DNA of 64,000 nucleotides from Armatimonadota bacterium (lineage in GTDB: Bacteria > Armatimonadota > UBA5829 > DTLH01): contig JBDKSP010000011.1 in NCBI GenBank assembly GCA_039680575.1, positions 1-64,000 of the forward strand. The letters are read 5' to 3'. The position numbers and the translations under genes are program-made. Shown here one piece after another: positions 37,234 to 48,760 of the stretch. The notes under the pieces were generated by a model. The model ran no database searches. It was not told the origin of the DNA and worked only from the letters and a program-made list of their open reading frames with translations. Positions within the stretch are counted from its first letter, which is position 1, and each line of letters begins with the position of its first letter.

Positions 37234-38391
37234 TTACCGCCAGACTCCTGCGGCAACTGCCGACGGCTTGTAGTCCTGCTGTCCCAGGTATACCTTTTCT
37301 ACCTGCTCTATCATCCTGTCCAGGCCGAAGAGCGCAGTAACACGTTCCTTGCCTGCTCTGCCCATCGCTTCAACGCGTTCCTCTTTGAAGATGCTGTAGA
37401 TCGACGATGCGATAGCGGCAGGATCATGGACAGGAACGATACAGCCGGTGAAACCATCAATTATCGTTTCGCTGATTCCAGATACATCGGGAGCGACGAC
37501 CGGCAGCCCTGCGGCCATTGCTTCAAGCGCTGCAAGAGGGTGTCCTTCCCAGAGTGATGACATTGCGAATACATCGAACGCCGGGAGGATTTCGGGTATA
37601 TCGCTTCTGAACCCTGTAAAGATAACCTTGTGAGCTATCCCCAGATCCTGCGCTAGACGTTTTACCTCAGGCAGTTCTTCTCCATCCCCAATAAGCACGA
37701 AAACTACGTCATCGAGCTGTTTATGCAGGATTGTTGCTGCCCTGACCAGATCACCCAGGTTTTTCTGCTTCGTGAACCGCGCCGCTGTCCCTACAACGCG
37801 GCAGCCGGTCGGGATCATAAGTTTATTTCTGGCGTGGCATTTACTGACGGGTTTTTCGTATTTGGTAAGATCTACCCCGCTGTGTATGGTAGTTACGCGA
37901 TAATCGGGGACTCCTTCGTCTATGGTCATCCTCCTGAGATCGCTTGACACCGTGATAATCGTGTCCGTCCAATTAGCAAGCTGCTTGTCTGACCATTTAT
38001 ATACATACTCAACGGGTTTTCGGACTGCGCTATATCCGTGGATGAGGTCGGTGGACATAGAGTGGACAGTATGGACGATCTTCCTGCACCCGGCAAGCCT
38101 CGCTGCGATCCGCCCGGTAACACCGGCGCGTACTCCGTTGGTATGCACCACATCGAACCCATTTTGTTTTATGGCTTTTGCAAGGTTGATGATTGTCGGT
38201 ATGTCCGGGTAGCGATGGTACTCTGCGTGTATGATGGGTATTTCTGCCGCCATGAGGTTCTTATAGAGCTTCTCATGATTGCAGGATACGGCAACCTCAT
38301 GTCCTTTTTCCCTCATGCCGACCGCCAGATCGTATACATACCTCGCCTGGCCTCCGAAAGCCGGCGCGCCATCTATCTGAAGAATTTTCAT
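37234..38391 (-). CDS. Glycosyltransferase family 4
   Basis: GG..YV..L, HTVH, QKN, S.WEG.P...LEAMAAGLPVV. Confidence 0.92.
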   Translation of the reverse strand: MKILQIDGAPAFGGQARYVYDLAVGMREKGHEVAVSCNHEKLYKNLMAAEIPIIHAEYHRYPDIPTIINLAKAIKQNGFDVVHTNGVRAGVTGRIAARLAGCRKIVHTVHSMSTDLIHGYSAVRKPVEYVYKWSDKQLANWTDTIITVSSDLRRMTIDEGVPDYRVTTIHSGVDLTKYEKPVSKCHARNKLMIPTGCRVVGTAARFTKQKNLGDLVRAATILHKQLDDVVFVLIGDGEELPEVKRLAQDLGIAHKVIFTGFRSDIPEILPAFDVFAMSSLWEGHPLAALEAMAAGLPVVAPDVSGISETIIDGFTGCIVPVHDPAAIASSIYSIFKEERVEAMGRAGKERVTALFGLDRMIEQVEKVYLGQQDYKPSAVAAGVWR

Positions 38392-38408
38392 CTGGATTTA
38401 TCCTTCCC

Positions 38409-39884
38409 TCAGTGCCTGTTTTTGATACCGGGAGCCATGACTGCCGCGATTTTGGATATATCCTCTTTCGTTATTTCACGCATCGCAGCAAGCGCAAACG
38501 CGTAGACCGTAAAAAGGATGACGTAAGTCCCTACCAATTGAAATCCTCGTGCAGGCAGTACTCCCGCGGCGAAATAGACCATCATCCCTGATATAATTAT
38601 TCTGAAAGCGGAGACAGGCGCAATGAGTCCGCCCAGTCTTCCCGCGCAAATCGCGGCGGATGTCAAAAGGCCGACGCCCGCCGTTGATACCGATGCGATA
38701 GCCGCTCCCGTTATCCCAAACTTGGGGATAAATACCATATTGAGCGCAAATGCTATTGCAATCAGGATAGTAGTACCCAAAAGCGGCGTTCGTATATCGC
38801 CAATTGCCACCGATATGTTATAAAGCGCGTGAAGAAACCCGAAAAGCATCAAGCCGGCTGCAAGTATTGCAAGCGCGGGAGCCGCGGCCATGTATTTATC
38901 AGTGTAAAGCATCTCGACTGTACCTGCCGATGTGCCGGACAAGACGGCTGTGACCGGTACCAGCAGCAGCATATGGAGCCTGAGTGCCTGGCGGACATAC
39001 TGGTGTATCATTTCGTAATTATTTCTGCTTGCTGCATGTGAGATCGCGGGCAGAGTAGCCGTAGCGATTCCGATCAGTACATAAAACGGCGCTCGTGCGA
39101 GGGTATTGGCGGCTGTGTAGAAGCCGGTGCTTTCCGGCGTTTGCATAAGCGCCTTTACAGCAAACATATCTATGTTGATCAGGAGTGTAAATCCGATGGA
39201 AAGCGCCGCGGTACCGCCTGCGTAACGGATCAGCTTTTTTATAGGATATAGATCGACTTTAGGCAGTGTTCCGGCAAGTATTACGGCTACCGCAAGCCCC
39301 CCGACGGATGCGAGTATATTTCCGATGATTGCGCCTCGTAATCCGAAACCGAGCATCACCAGAAGAAGTACCGTCCCAACCTTTGAAATGGCATATGTAA
39401 GCATAGCGGCAGATTGCTTCGCATAGTTTCGCTTGCCATTCAATATAGCCGTGTAGCAAAAATAGAACGCATAGACAGGTATATCGAGAGATGCGAGCCG
39501 GACAAGCCTGGTGAGGTTCGGGTCATGAAGCAGACTTGCGATCCAGGGAGCCGCGATCATTGCAATAACGAATAACAGCGCGCTGAAAATGAGCTGTCCA
39601 CGCATCGCGGACCGGGCAATCGAAGTCATCAGGTCTTCCCGCTCTGAGCCGAATTTCCTGATTGCATACGGGAAGCCGCCGGTCAGAGAGACTTCCATCC
39701 ATATAAGAAACGCCATGACTATCCCGAACAGACCGTAATCCGCCGGTCCGAGCTTACGCCCGAGGTAAAAATGGACGACATATCCACCGATCAGGAATGC
39801 TGACTGCACTCCGACAAGTGAGATCGTTCCACGGGCAAGACTGTCTTTGCGGCTGGCAGTTATATCAGATGCTTCGACGGCCAT
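38409..39884 (-). CDS. Oligosaccharide flippase (Wzx/MOP family)
   Basis: LGRKLGPADYG, IDMFAVK, GFYTAA; multiple TM segments. GAGGAG RBS. Confidence 0.85.
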   Translation of the reverse strand: MAVEASDITASRKDSLARGTISLVGVQSAFLIGGYVVHFYLGRKLGPADYGLFGIVMAFLIWMEVSLTGGFPYAIRKFGSEREDLMTSIARSAMRGQLIFSALLFVIAMIAAPWIASLLHDPNLTRLVRLASLDIPVYAFYFCYTAILNGKRNYAKQSAAMLTYAISKVGTVLLLVMLGFGLRGAIIGNILASVGGLAVAVILAGTLPKVDLYPIKKLIRYAGGTAALSIGFTLLINIDMFAVKALMQTPESTGFYTAANTLARAPFYVLIGIATATLPAISHAASRNNYEMIHQYVRQALRLHMLLLVPVTAVLSGTSAGTVEMLYTDKYMAAAPALAILAAGLMLFGFLHALYNISVAIGDIRTPLLGTTILIAIAFALNMVFIPKFGITGAAIASVSTAGVGLLTSAAICAGRLGGLIAPVSAFRIIISGMMVYFAAGVLPARGFQLVGTYVILFTVYAFALAAMREITKEDISKIAAVMAPGIKNRH

Positions 39885-39891
39885 CTGCTCC

Positions 39892-41112
39892 TCACATCGC
39901 AAGGATTGCTTTTATTATTTCTTCAGGGTCCGGCGGACATCCGGGTATGTGAATGATGTTTTTCGGTATCTCCTCGTAATTTTCCAGCAGGTCGCGGGCG
40001 CAGTCGCCGCTTATCAGGATCTTCTGGTTTTTCCTGAACTCCGGCATGCGGTTTCCCCGTCCGCGTACGACATCGATCCGTTTGAAAAACATGTAGTACG
40101 CCAGTTTCGGGATGAACATCCAGTATTTCGGGGTCCTTCTGGCAAGCCTGAACGCCTTATGGAACGCCTCATCATCCAGATGGCACGCGCGATGGTTTCT
40201 CCATACGTATAAGTTGTGGTTTTTCTTCACGTCCTGCGGCGCGGGATCGAATACGGCTGCGAGTGACTCGATGCTCATTCCCCGTACATCTGTTTCCCAT
40301 CTTCCAAGTCCCAGACTGATGGCGCGTTTGATGTGCAGGACTTCTTCGGGGTCCGCTCCCATCAGCTTTGCTCCGACGATGTCTGTTTCTACCATATTTT
40401 TACCGACCAGGAGCACCCCCATCGGTTTTGGGTGCCCCAGTATCGGTCCGTTTCCTTCCATCGCCAGTATTCCGTCTACTACGGTCATATGCGGTCGAAC
40501 TGCTCTTGCGAGCTGTGCAATCGGCTCATGCAGACCGAGCCGGTGGTACATCTGCCTGTCTTTGAACGAAAGCAGCCCCCACTGGTTCTTCATAGTGAGC
40601 GAAACGGTGGTCCGGTTGTGTGTTTTCAGCTTCGCTACATTGATGTATATGTCAGATTCCAGCATGGGAGTAGGAACGGACATATAGCCACAGTAGTAGT
40701 TTTGGAGTTCATCATCTTCATAATAATTAGGCAGGTTCCTATAGCCATAGCCGATACTGACATTAGTTCTGAGCGCGTCGAACAGGTTCAGGAGTCGGGC
40801 GTTCTTGCGCTTGGCAAGGTCCGCGTAACCAGTGACTTGAAAAGTCTTTTGGGGGTCGACCCCGAGCGCCGGAGCCTCCGCAATCGTGACATCCCGCACT
40901 CCCGAATCGTGCAGAAGGTCGATTATGCTTTCCACAACAACGGGATGAACGACAACACCCGTTTCCGGCGCAAAGGCCTGAACGAGGTTTACTTTGAGGA
41001 CAGCCTTTCGAGCTCCATCGAAGCTGACCCCGGCTTCCTTCATCCCTTTTGCTATCTCGGATTTGATGGCATCCAGATTGTAATGCGATACTGCGCTTAG
41101 ATATACCGACAT
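39892..41112 (-). CDS. DUF362 protein with a C-terminal C...GCPP Fe-S-type module
   Basis: LKVNLV, INVAKLKTH, MKNQWG, DGI.AMEGNGP, and C-terminal GDCA and IPGCPP. Confidence 0.85.
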   Translation of the reverse strand: MSVYLSAVSHYNLDAIKSEIAKGMKEAGVSFDGARKAVLKVNLVQAFAPETGVVVHPVVVESIIDLLHDSGVRDVTIAEAPALGVDPQKTFQVTGYADLAKRKNARLLNLFDALRTNVSIGYGYRNLPNYYEDDELQNYYCGYMSVPTPMLESDIYINVAKLKTHNRTTVSLTMKNQWGLLSFKDRQMYHRLGLHEPIAQLARAVRPHMTVVDGILAMEGNGPILGHPKPMGVLLVGKNMVETDIVGAKLMGADPEEVLHIKRAISLGLGRWETDVRGMSIESLAAVFDPAPQDVKKNHNLYVWRNHRACHLDDEAFHKAFRLARRTPKYWMFIPKLAYYMFFKRIDVVRGRGNRMPEFRKNQKILISGDCARDLLENYEEIPKNIIHIPGCPPDPEEIIKAILAM

Positions 41113-41135
41113 CTCACCCTCCAGAAAATCAGCGC

Positions 41136-42251
41136 TTATGACTTGAATGATTGCTTTATCGTTACTGCTCCATTCGGGCACATGTTTACACACATAAGGC
41201 AGCGGGCTTTGCTGCACTGTCCATAGTCCAGTTTTTCAGACTCGATGTCTATGGCATTCACCGGACACGCGGCTGCGCAGGCATCGCAATAACTGCACCT
41301 TTTCCAGTCGATGACAGGGTGAATACCGAACCTGGAATGAAACCAGGGTATAAGGCTCTTCACTCCGAAATTTGATAAGTAATGGTCGCTCGCATAGACC
41401 GTTGCGTATAAATGCCGGTACAGGTTTTTGCGGAGTTTGCTGCTTCCGGCTGCTATATCTACCGGCTCGACCTCATCGCCGGCTATATCGATCAGCGGGG
41501 AGCGCCCACGGGCTGCGAGCTTTAGGTGCTTTACATCCGATCTTTCAAACCCCAATAACTTCGAGGCGAACAGGTCCAGAGCGAGCATATCTGTCGATGC
41601 GGCAATTACACCCATGCTCATATATTCTCCATAGACCGCACCCGAGACCGGAATGACCAGCCCTTCCATTACCGACATTACCGGGCGAAACAGCTTGTAG
41701 AGCGCTGCGATTCCGGCATCCAGCCCCTTGGCGTGTACCTCCCGCCTGCTGCTCTTATGAAGCATACCGAAACAGTTCTTGATTGCCAGGCTCACATCGG
41801 TCAGCTTGTGACATTTCATCTTTGGGACGTTTACGATAGCTTCTGACTCTACTGCGGTCGCGGCTATCTTCACTCGCCTGATCCTTGGGTGGTCGAATGG
41901 GACTTCTATATATCTATCCTCTTCGAAGTTTACGACCTCGACCCCAAGCTGTTGGGCGAGGTCTCTTATTCCCAGGATGTCAAATGTAGTATAAGAATCA
42001 TATTCAAAACCTGAACAATCGCCTATTACAGGAGTAGCGCCGGCATCTATGATTTCCTGCACCACTGCAGCCAGAACATCGAAGTTGGTTACAGCGGCAG
42101 GTACCGGCGCGACCAGATTCGGCTTGACCAACACAGTCCAGCCGGGACGGATATTCTCCTTCAGGCCGCCCGATATCGAGATCGCTTGCCTGCAGGCTGC
42201 GACAATATTCTCCGTGCCTTCCCCGACCTTTACAACAGCTACCGTTGCCAT
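41136..42251 (-). CDS. DUF362 protein with a C-terminal 2x[4Fe-4S] ferredoxin domain
   Basis: VLVKPNLV, VPKMKCH, KNCFG; CSYCDACAAACP and CSKARCLMCVNMCP. Confidence 0.88.
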   Translation of the reverse strand: MATVAVVKVGEGTENIVAACRQAISISGGLKENIRPGWTVLVKPNLVAPVPAAVTNFDVLAAVVQEIIDAGATPVIGDCSGFEYDSYTTFDILGIRDLAQQLGVEVVNFEEDRYIEVPFDHPRIRRVKIAATAVESEAIVNVPKMKCHKLTDVSLAIKNCFGMLHKSSRREVHAKGLDAGIAALYKLFRPVMSVMEGLVIPVSGAVYGEYMSMGVIAASTDMLALDLFASKLLGFERSDVKHLKLAARGRSPLIDIAGDEVEPVDIAAGSSKLRKNLYRHLYATVYASDHYLSNFGVKSLIPWFHSRFGIHPVIDWKRCSYCDACAAACPVNAIDIESEKLDYGQCSKARCLMCVNMCPNGAVTIKQSFKS

Positions 42252-43226
42252 CTATAGGTACCCCTGATCTATGTACCATTCGACTGTTTGCTGTATTCCG
42301 TCCGAAAGGCTGACCTGTGGTTCAAAACCTAGTGTCTGCTCTGCTTTGGATGTGTCGGATGCATGATCACGGGTGAAAAAGTTTACCTGGTATCTGGTCA
42401 GAGGCGGCTCATGGTTGAGAATTCCCGCCGCGGCTTCAGCACCGTAAGCTGCAAGTTTCGCAAGGATAACCGGCACATTTTTGCGTGTAGACCTCAATCC
42501 AAGCGTATTGGAGATGACCTTGGCGAGTTCGAAAACCGTAACAGGCCTGGGACCTGCTATGTTGAATATTTCACCGAATGCGGCAGGGTTCTCCATCGTG
42601 ATAAGGCATCCACTGACAACATCGTCCACATAGGTAGGGTGAAGCAGGCTTCTTCCGCTGCCGATAAGCGGGAAACGGTCTTCCTTTATGGCTTTGAACA
42701 GCTTGAGCTTGTGCAGATCTCCCGGACCGTAAACGAAGTCCGGCCTTATTACAGTCACGGCAACATGATTATTCTTGTGATAGGCAAGCGCTGTCTTCTC
42801 TCCATCGCATTTGGTGCGCTCGTATAGCGCCGACGGTCTGTAAGGCAGGCATTCCGGCGCAACCCCGGACATACCGACCACACCGGGGGTGCTGCAGTGT
42901 ATGACTTGCCGGACGTTATTCCGTTGACAGGCTTCCAGAAGGACTCTAACGGCCTGAACATTGACTTGCCGCATCTCATCGACCTTTACCGCCTGTCCCC
43001 CGAGTTTCGCTGCCAGATTGAAAACCACATCGACATTCCGGCAGGCTGCAGAGACTGATTCAGGATCGACCAGAGAGCCTTTTTTTATCTCGACACCGTT
43101 AGAACTAAGCCTCTCATAGTTGCTGCTCTCACGCACGATAGCACGCACCTCATGTCCCGATCTGAGGAGTGCCTGCACCAGATGTCCTCCGATAAACCCT
43201 GTAGCGCCCGTTACCAGGATCAGCAT
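42252..43226 (-). CDS. NAD-dependent epimerase/dehydratase (extended SDR)
   Basis: TGATGFIG, YERTK (YxxxK), RP..VYGPGD. Confidence 0.92.
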   Translation of the reverse strand: MLILVTGATGFIGGHLVQALLRSGHEVRAIVRESSNYERLSSNGVEIKKGSLVDPESVSAACRNVDVVFNLAAKLGGQAVKVDEMRQVNVQAVRVLLEACQRNNVRQVIHCSTPGVVGMSGVAPECLPYRPSALYERTKCDGEKTALAYHKNNHVAVTVIRPDFVYGPGDLHKLKLFKAIKEDRFPLIGSGRSLLHPTYVDDVVSGCLITMENPAAFGEIFNIAGPRPVTVFELAKVISNTLGLRSTRKNVPVILAKLAAYGAEAAAGILNHEPPLTRYQVNFFTRDHASDTSKAEQTLGFEPQVSLSDGIQQTVEWYIDQGYL

Positions 43227-44362
43227 CCGGTACCTCCTGCTTCGCTCACAAGGCTCTCTATAGCCTCGACAAGCCTGCTCCAGGAGAACTCTTCTCTAAA
43301 AGCTGATATATTGTCGATGAACTCCCCGGCTTTATCCTCTTCAAAGAACCTGACCACTGCGCGCGCAAGCGCGTATGAGTCCTCAGGGGACACTACGTAC
43401 CCTGTTTTTCCATCAATGACGGTCTCGGGCAGCCCTCCGACGTTCGTGGTGACGACAGGCCTGTCGAACCCGTATGCGATCTGCGCGATTCCGCTCTGTG
43501 TGGCGGTGACATAAGGCAGGACAACCAGGTCTGCAGCAGAGAAATACATCCCGACGGCCTCGTTAGGGATATATTCATCCGTAATCTTGACGCAGTGATC
43601 TATCCCAAGGTCTTTTATCAGCCGAACATACTTCTCTTTACCGTCGTAGAACTCTCCTGCTATGACAAGTACGGCATTTACCGATGAAAGGATGGCTGGC
43701 ATTGCCTCTATCAGATATTTCAACCCCTTATACTCCCGTACGAGGCCGAAGAAGAGTATTACGTTCTGATTTTGGCTCAGTCCCAGTTCGCGCCGGGCAG
43801 TATCCTTCGATATCGGCTGCTTCCTAAACACCTCGTAGGTTGGGTGGCGGGCTTTCCGCACCTGCGCATTTGGCAGAATATCCTTCAGGTTTATGGTGTC
43901 TTCTTCCGAATGAGTAATGAACATGTTTCCCTTGCCCAGGGCATATTTCGTGAAAAGTCTGACCGGTCCGCTCTTTTCGTGCGGCAGCACATTGTGGCAC
44001 AGGAACATTACCTTGGTGAATTTGCGGCATAGCGCTGCTAACGACCCGAAAGCCGGTGCAAAAAACGGATGCCACCACTGTATGATGACCAATTCGGGTG
44101 AATATTCCCGTATTCTTTTCGCCGCGTGTGACCATGACAGAGGGTTCATTGAATCGACGAGCGGTTCGGCTCCTTCAACCACCAATTTTACTGCGCTTTC
44201 ATCCCTTTGGGTCTTGCCGGGAAAAAGCAGCCGGGGATACTGGCGTGACATCGACACAAGCTGCACTTCATGTGACTCCGCAAGACTTTTGCAGAGTAAT
44301 GCAGTGTAGTGTGCGATTCCTCCCCTGAAAGGAAATGAAGGCCCGACAACAATGATACGCAA
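43220..44362 (-). CDS. Glycosyltransferase family 4
   Basis: PFRGGIAHY, HNVLPHE, FFG.VREYKG, LPY.TATQSG. Confidence 0.9.
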   Translation of the reverse strand: MRIIVVGPSFPFRGGIAHYTALLCKSLAESHEVQLVSMSRQYPRLLFPGKTQRDESAVKLVVEGAEPLVDSMNPLSWSHAAKRIREYSPELVIIQWWHPFFAPAFGSLAALCRKFTKVMFLCHNVLPHEKSGPVRLFTKYALGKGNMFITHSEEDTINLKDILPNAQVRKARHPTYEVFRKQPISKDTARRELGLSQNQNVILFFGLVREYKGLKYLIEAMPAILSSVNAVLVIAGEFYDGKEKYVRLIKDLGIDHCVKITDEYIPNEAVGMYFSAADLVVLPYVTATQSGIAQIAYGFDRPVVTTNVGGLPETVIDGKTGYVVSPEDSYALARAVVRFFEEDKAGEFIDNISAFREEFSWSRLVEAIESLVSEAGGTGC

Positions 44363-44419
44363 ATCAGTCCTATGCCCCTGTTTTTATGATCTATTTGATT
44401 GCTTATACCAACATCGATA

Positions 44420-45454
44420 CTATATCCACGGTCTGGCAGCTTCAGATTCCGGATTTTTCTTGCAGATTGCCTGTGCCGATTTGCCCGTTATCCTGCACAC
44501 CTGAGATTTCTCGTCCTTGTTCTGGCGCGCGATCATCTCAGCCAGCAACCCATGGGAAACGAACTGTACACCGAGGATCATCAAAAGGACGCCCAGCATA
44601 AGGAGCGGCCTGCGTCCTATCGCCGCGCCTCCGATCCAGATTGCGGCGAGGTATATGTTGACTACAGTCCCGGCGAATAGAAGCATCAGGCCTAGAGAGC
44701 CGAACAGGTGAAGAGGTTTTGTGGTGTACCGGGTAATGAAGAGTACGGTCAGCAGGTCCAGCAGCCCGCGTGTGAACCTGGCTATGCCGTATTTCGACTT
44801 CCCGAACTTTCTGCTCCTGTGGTTCACTTTGATCTCAGCCACGCTGAACCCGCTTCCGAACGCCAGCGCCGGGATATAGCGGTGAAGCTCGCCATAAATT
44901 TTGACATTCTCGATGACCTCACGCTTATATGCCTTGAAACCGCAGTTGAAGTCGTGCAGCTTCAATCCGGTGGTCATCGATGCTACTTTGTTGAAGAGCT
45001 TGGATGGAAGTGTTTTTGAAATAGGGTCCAGCCGCCTGAACTTCCACCCGGAGACCATGTCGAAACCTTCCGAAAGTTTCGAAAGGAAGTTTGGTATCTC
45101 CTTGGGGTCGTCCTGAAGGTCCGCGTCGAGGGTAAAGACAATATCACCGCTCGCTGCCTTAAACCCTTCTGTGAGAGCTGCGGCTTTACCGAAATTACGG
45201 CGCATGTATATGGCTGTGACCCGTGGATCAGTTTCACACAAGCGCGTGAGGATGTCGGCTGATCCGTCTGTGCTTCCATCGTTGACAAATATGATCTCAT
45301 ACCTGCAGCCAATGTTGTCCAGCGTGCTCGTTAACTCTTCATAAAGAGTTCCAAGACTCTCTTTTTCGTTGTAGAGTGGGATTACTACGGATATTGCCTT
45401 TTCCACTGCAGTTTTGTTGGACTCATCAGCGACGTATCCGGCCTGTCTCTCCAC
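44420..45454 (-). CDS. Glycosyltransferase family 2 (ArnC/polyprenol-phosphate glycosyltransferase-like)
   Basis: SVVIPLYNE, VNDGSTD, RNFGK, DADLQDDP, HDFNCGFK, GELHRY, two C-terminal TM helices. GTG start after AAGGAGG. Confidence 0.92.
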   Translation of the reverse strand: MERQAGYVADESNKTAVEKAISVVIPLYNEKESLGTLYEELTSTLDNIGCRYEIIFVNDGSTDGSADILTRLCETDPRVTAIYMRRNFGKAAALTEGFKAASGDIVFTLDADLQDDPKEIPNFLSKLSEGFDMVSGWKFRRLDPISKTLPSKLFNKVASMTTGLKLHDFNCGFKAYKREVIENVKIYGELHRYIPALAFGSGFSVAEIKVNHRSRKFGKSKYGIARFTRGLLDLLTVLFITRYTTKPLHLFGSLGLMLLFAGTVVNIYLAAIWIGGAAIGRRPLLMLGVLLMILGVQFVSHGLLAEMIARQNKDEKSQVCRITGKSAQAICKKNPESEAARPWI

Positions 45455-45777
45455 TGCTGTTGCCTCCTTGACATAAAAGAACCCCACCTCTTGATTGAAA
45501 ACAGATGTGGGGATGTCTTTTCCCCACCATCGCTTCCGAAACTTGAAATACCCACCGATGAGTCGTTAAAAACATCGAAGCCAATTTCTTCATGGCATGA
45601 GCTTTCAGTGTTAATCTGCCAAAAATGAACATGGTCACAGAAATCGATTCATAGGTTTTCGGCTGACGGTCAATAACCAACCATTTGCCGGTAATTGCCG
45701 AAAATCCGCTGGAGAGTCTCAGGTGTAAGTCTCGCCTGAACCCATAGACCGTTAATCGAGTGGCCGGATTAGGCAGT

Positions 45778-47175
45778 ATGAGTAGTATGAGCAGCGATTC
45801 GTCCGTAGAATCAGATAAGCTCCGAAACTTTCCACAAGGAGCAGGCTTAACCATCAAGCTCGGCTTCTGGGGAGCATTTTTGATTGCAACACTGGCGGTA
45901 TCGGTCGTCGCCAAGCTGCCGTTTACTGCTCCGAGCGCTCAGGCATATATCACGATATGCGCGATGACTTCTGCTGTCTACCTGGCTGTTTTTACTCATT
46001 GCCTGATGCGTCTTGCATACTGCCGATGCCCCAGTTGGTTACTCTACACATCCAGTTTTGCGGCCTTATCGATATCCGGGTTGATTGGCGTAGTTCTCAA
46101 TTTGGGGTTGATAGAAAGTGATATCACGTGGAGGCGGTTGTATCTGCTTAGGTCGGCGTTATTGCCGACAGCTACAACACTCCTTGTTTTTGCGTCACAT
46201 GCGCTCAAGGCCAGCACCAGGGGATACCGGTTGAGAACATGGAAAATCAGTGTTTGTGCTGTTTTGGTCGTAGGTTTTCTGGTGGTAATGTGGCGTACCG
46301 GCGTATGGTATTTTACATGCAGCATGATCCGAAGTTCAAATATGGACCCACTCCTGGCGATATACACGGCCTCCGCTGCTACATCGATAGTCCTGCTGTA
46401 TAATGTCAACAAGCTGGCGGGCTCCAGTCCGAATGAAATATTCGTTCCGGTATGCTATTGGAGTGTTGCCATGGTTATCGAATCAGTGCTGACGCTTATA
46501 TCCTGGACCTTTTTGGACACTCTACGGTTCAAGATGATGGGAATCGAACTCGCGGGTGTTATGGCAATGCTGATAGGCCTAAGTATGGAAAATGAGCGGG
46601 CGCATAGAGGCGCAGCCCAGCAAATGTCGGATTTGGAAGCGATGCAAAAGGTTTCCTGGTCACTTGTAGGCGCAGGTGATCTGATGGAGCTAATGTCTAC
46701 TTTTGTTAAAGCTATTTCAGAAGGATTTCAGGATGCGCCGGTCGTGGCGTATCTGGATAAAGAGGATGTTGGAGAGTCACTTACCATCGCCGCTGTGACA
46801 GGCATCGATGATCCGGCCATATACTTTGGAAAGGTATGCTCTCTCAGACCGGAAAGAAGGCCGGGGTTCCACAATGGTCATACGGCACGTGCATTTGCGA
46901 GTTCCGAGGTCCAGACTGCAAAAGCGGTGTTCTCGGATGTAGAGTTTATGCCCTGGAGAATGGTCGCGCATGAGGACGGAATGGTAGTGTCGGTACCTCT
47001 CCCGTATCAAAACAGGGTGATAGGGGTAGTGAACCTGTTCTTAGCCGGAGCGCGGGATGTTTCAGATGACCGTATAAGACAGTTGGAAGCTATCGCGGCA
47101 GCAGTATCACCAGCCATAGAGAACGCGCGGCTCAGAGTCAGAATAGCTGATGTCAGCCTGGAGCAGGCCGCATAA
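45778..47175 (+). CDS. Multi-pass membrane protein with a C-terminal GAF domain and no output domain
   Basis: About 8 hydrophobic segments, then a GAF domain (SVPL...VIGVVNL...AIENARL), then a stop codon. Confidence 0.75.
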   Translation: MSSMSSDSSVESDKLRNFPQGAGLTIKLGFWGAFLIATLAVSVVAKLPFTAPSAQAYITICAMTSAVYLAVFTHCLMRLAYCRCPSWLLYTSSFAALSISGLIGVVLNLGLIESDITWRRLYLLRSALLPTATTLLVFASHALKASTRGYRLRTWKISVCAVLVVGFLVVMWRTGVWYFTCSMIRSSNMDPLLAIYTASAATSIVLLYNVNKLAGSSPNEIFVPVCYWSVAMVIESVLTLISWTFLDTLRFKMMGIELAGVMAMLIGLSMENERAHRGAAQQMSDLEAMQKVSWSLVGAGDLMELMSTFVKAISEGFQDAPVVAYLDKEDVGESLTIAAVTGIDDPAIYFGKVCSLRPERRPGFHNGHTARAFASSEVQTAKAVFSDVEFMPWRMVAHEDGMVVSVPLPYQNRVIGVVNLFLAGARDVSDDRIRQLEAIAAAVSPAIENARLRVRIADVSLEQAA

Positions 47176-47352
47176 TATCTTCGAAAAACGACCGCGGATA
47201 TATCCGCAATTTGCTTACTGCTCATCAATTCGCCTCAAACATCGCAAACCGCAGTTTACTTTAAGTCCGCTCGTCTGCTATAATCGGGTATCTTTTTGGG
47301 CAGGATAAAGTTTAGTGTATCCATTATTGTGGGATGCACTTTTTATTAATGA

Positions 47353-48666
<1,314 letters not shown>

Positions 48667-48760
48667 TAAGCTCGATATAAGCTGATATTAATATACTGGA
48701 GCCACAATGGAGTGAAAAGAGCCATGTGGCTCCCTTTGTGTCTTAGGAAGACTAAAATCA

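Noticed and set aside
45690..45775. Possible glycine or c-di-AMP riboswitch (GGAGAG, CCTGAACCC)
   Set aside because: The other conserved elements are missing; the region is better explained by copy B of the dispersed motif.
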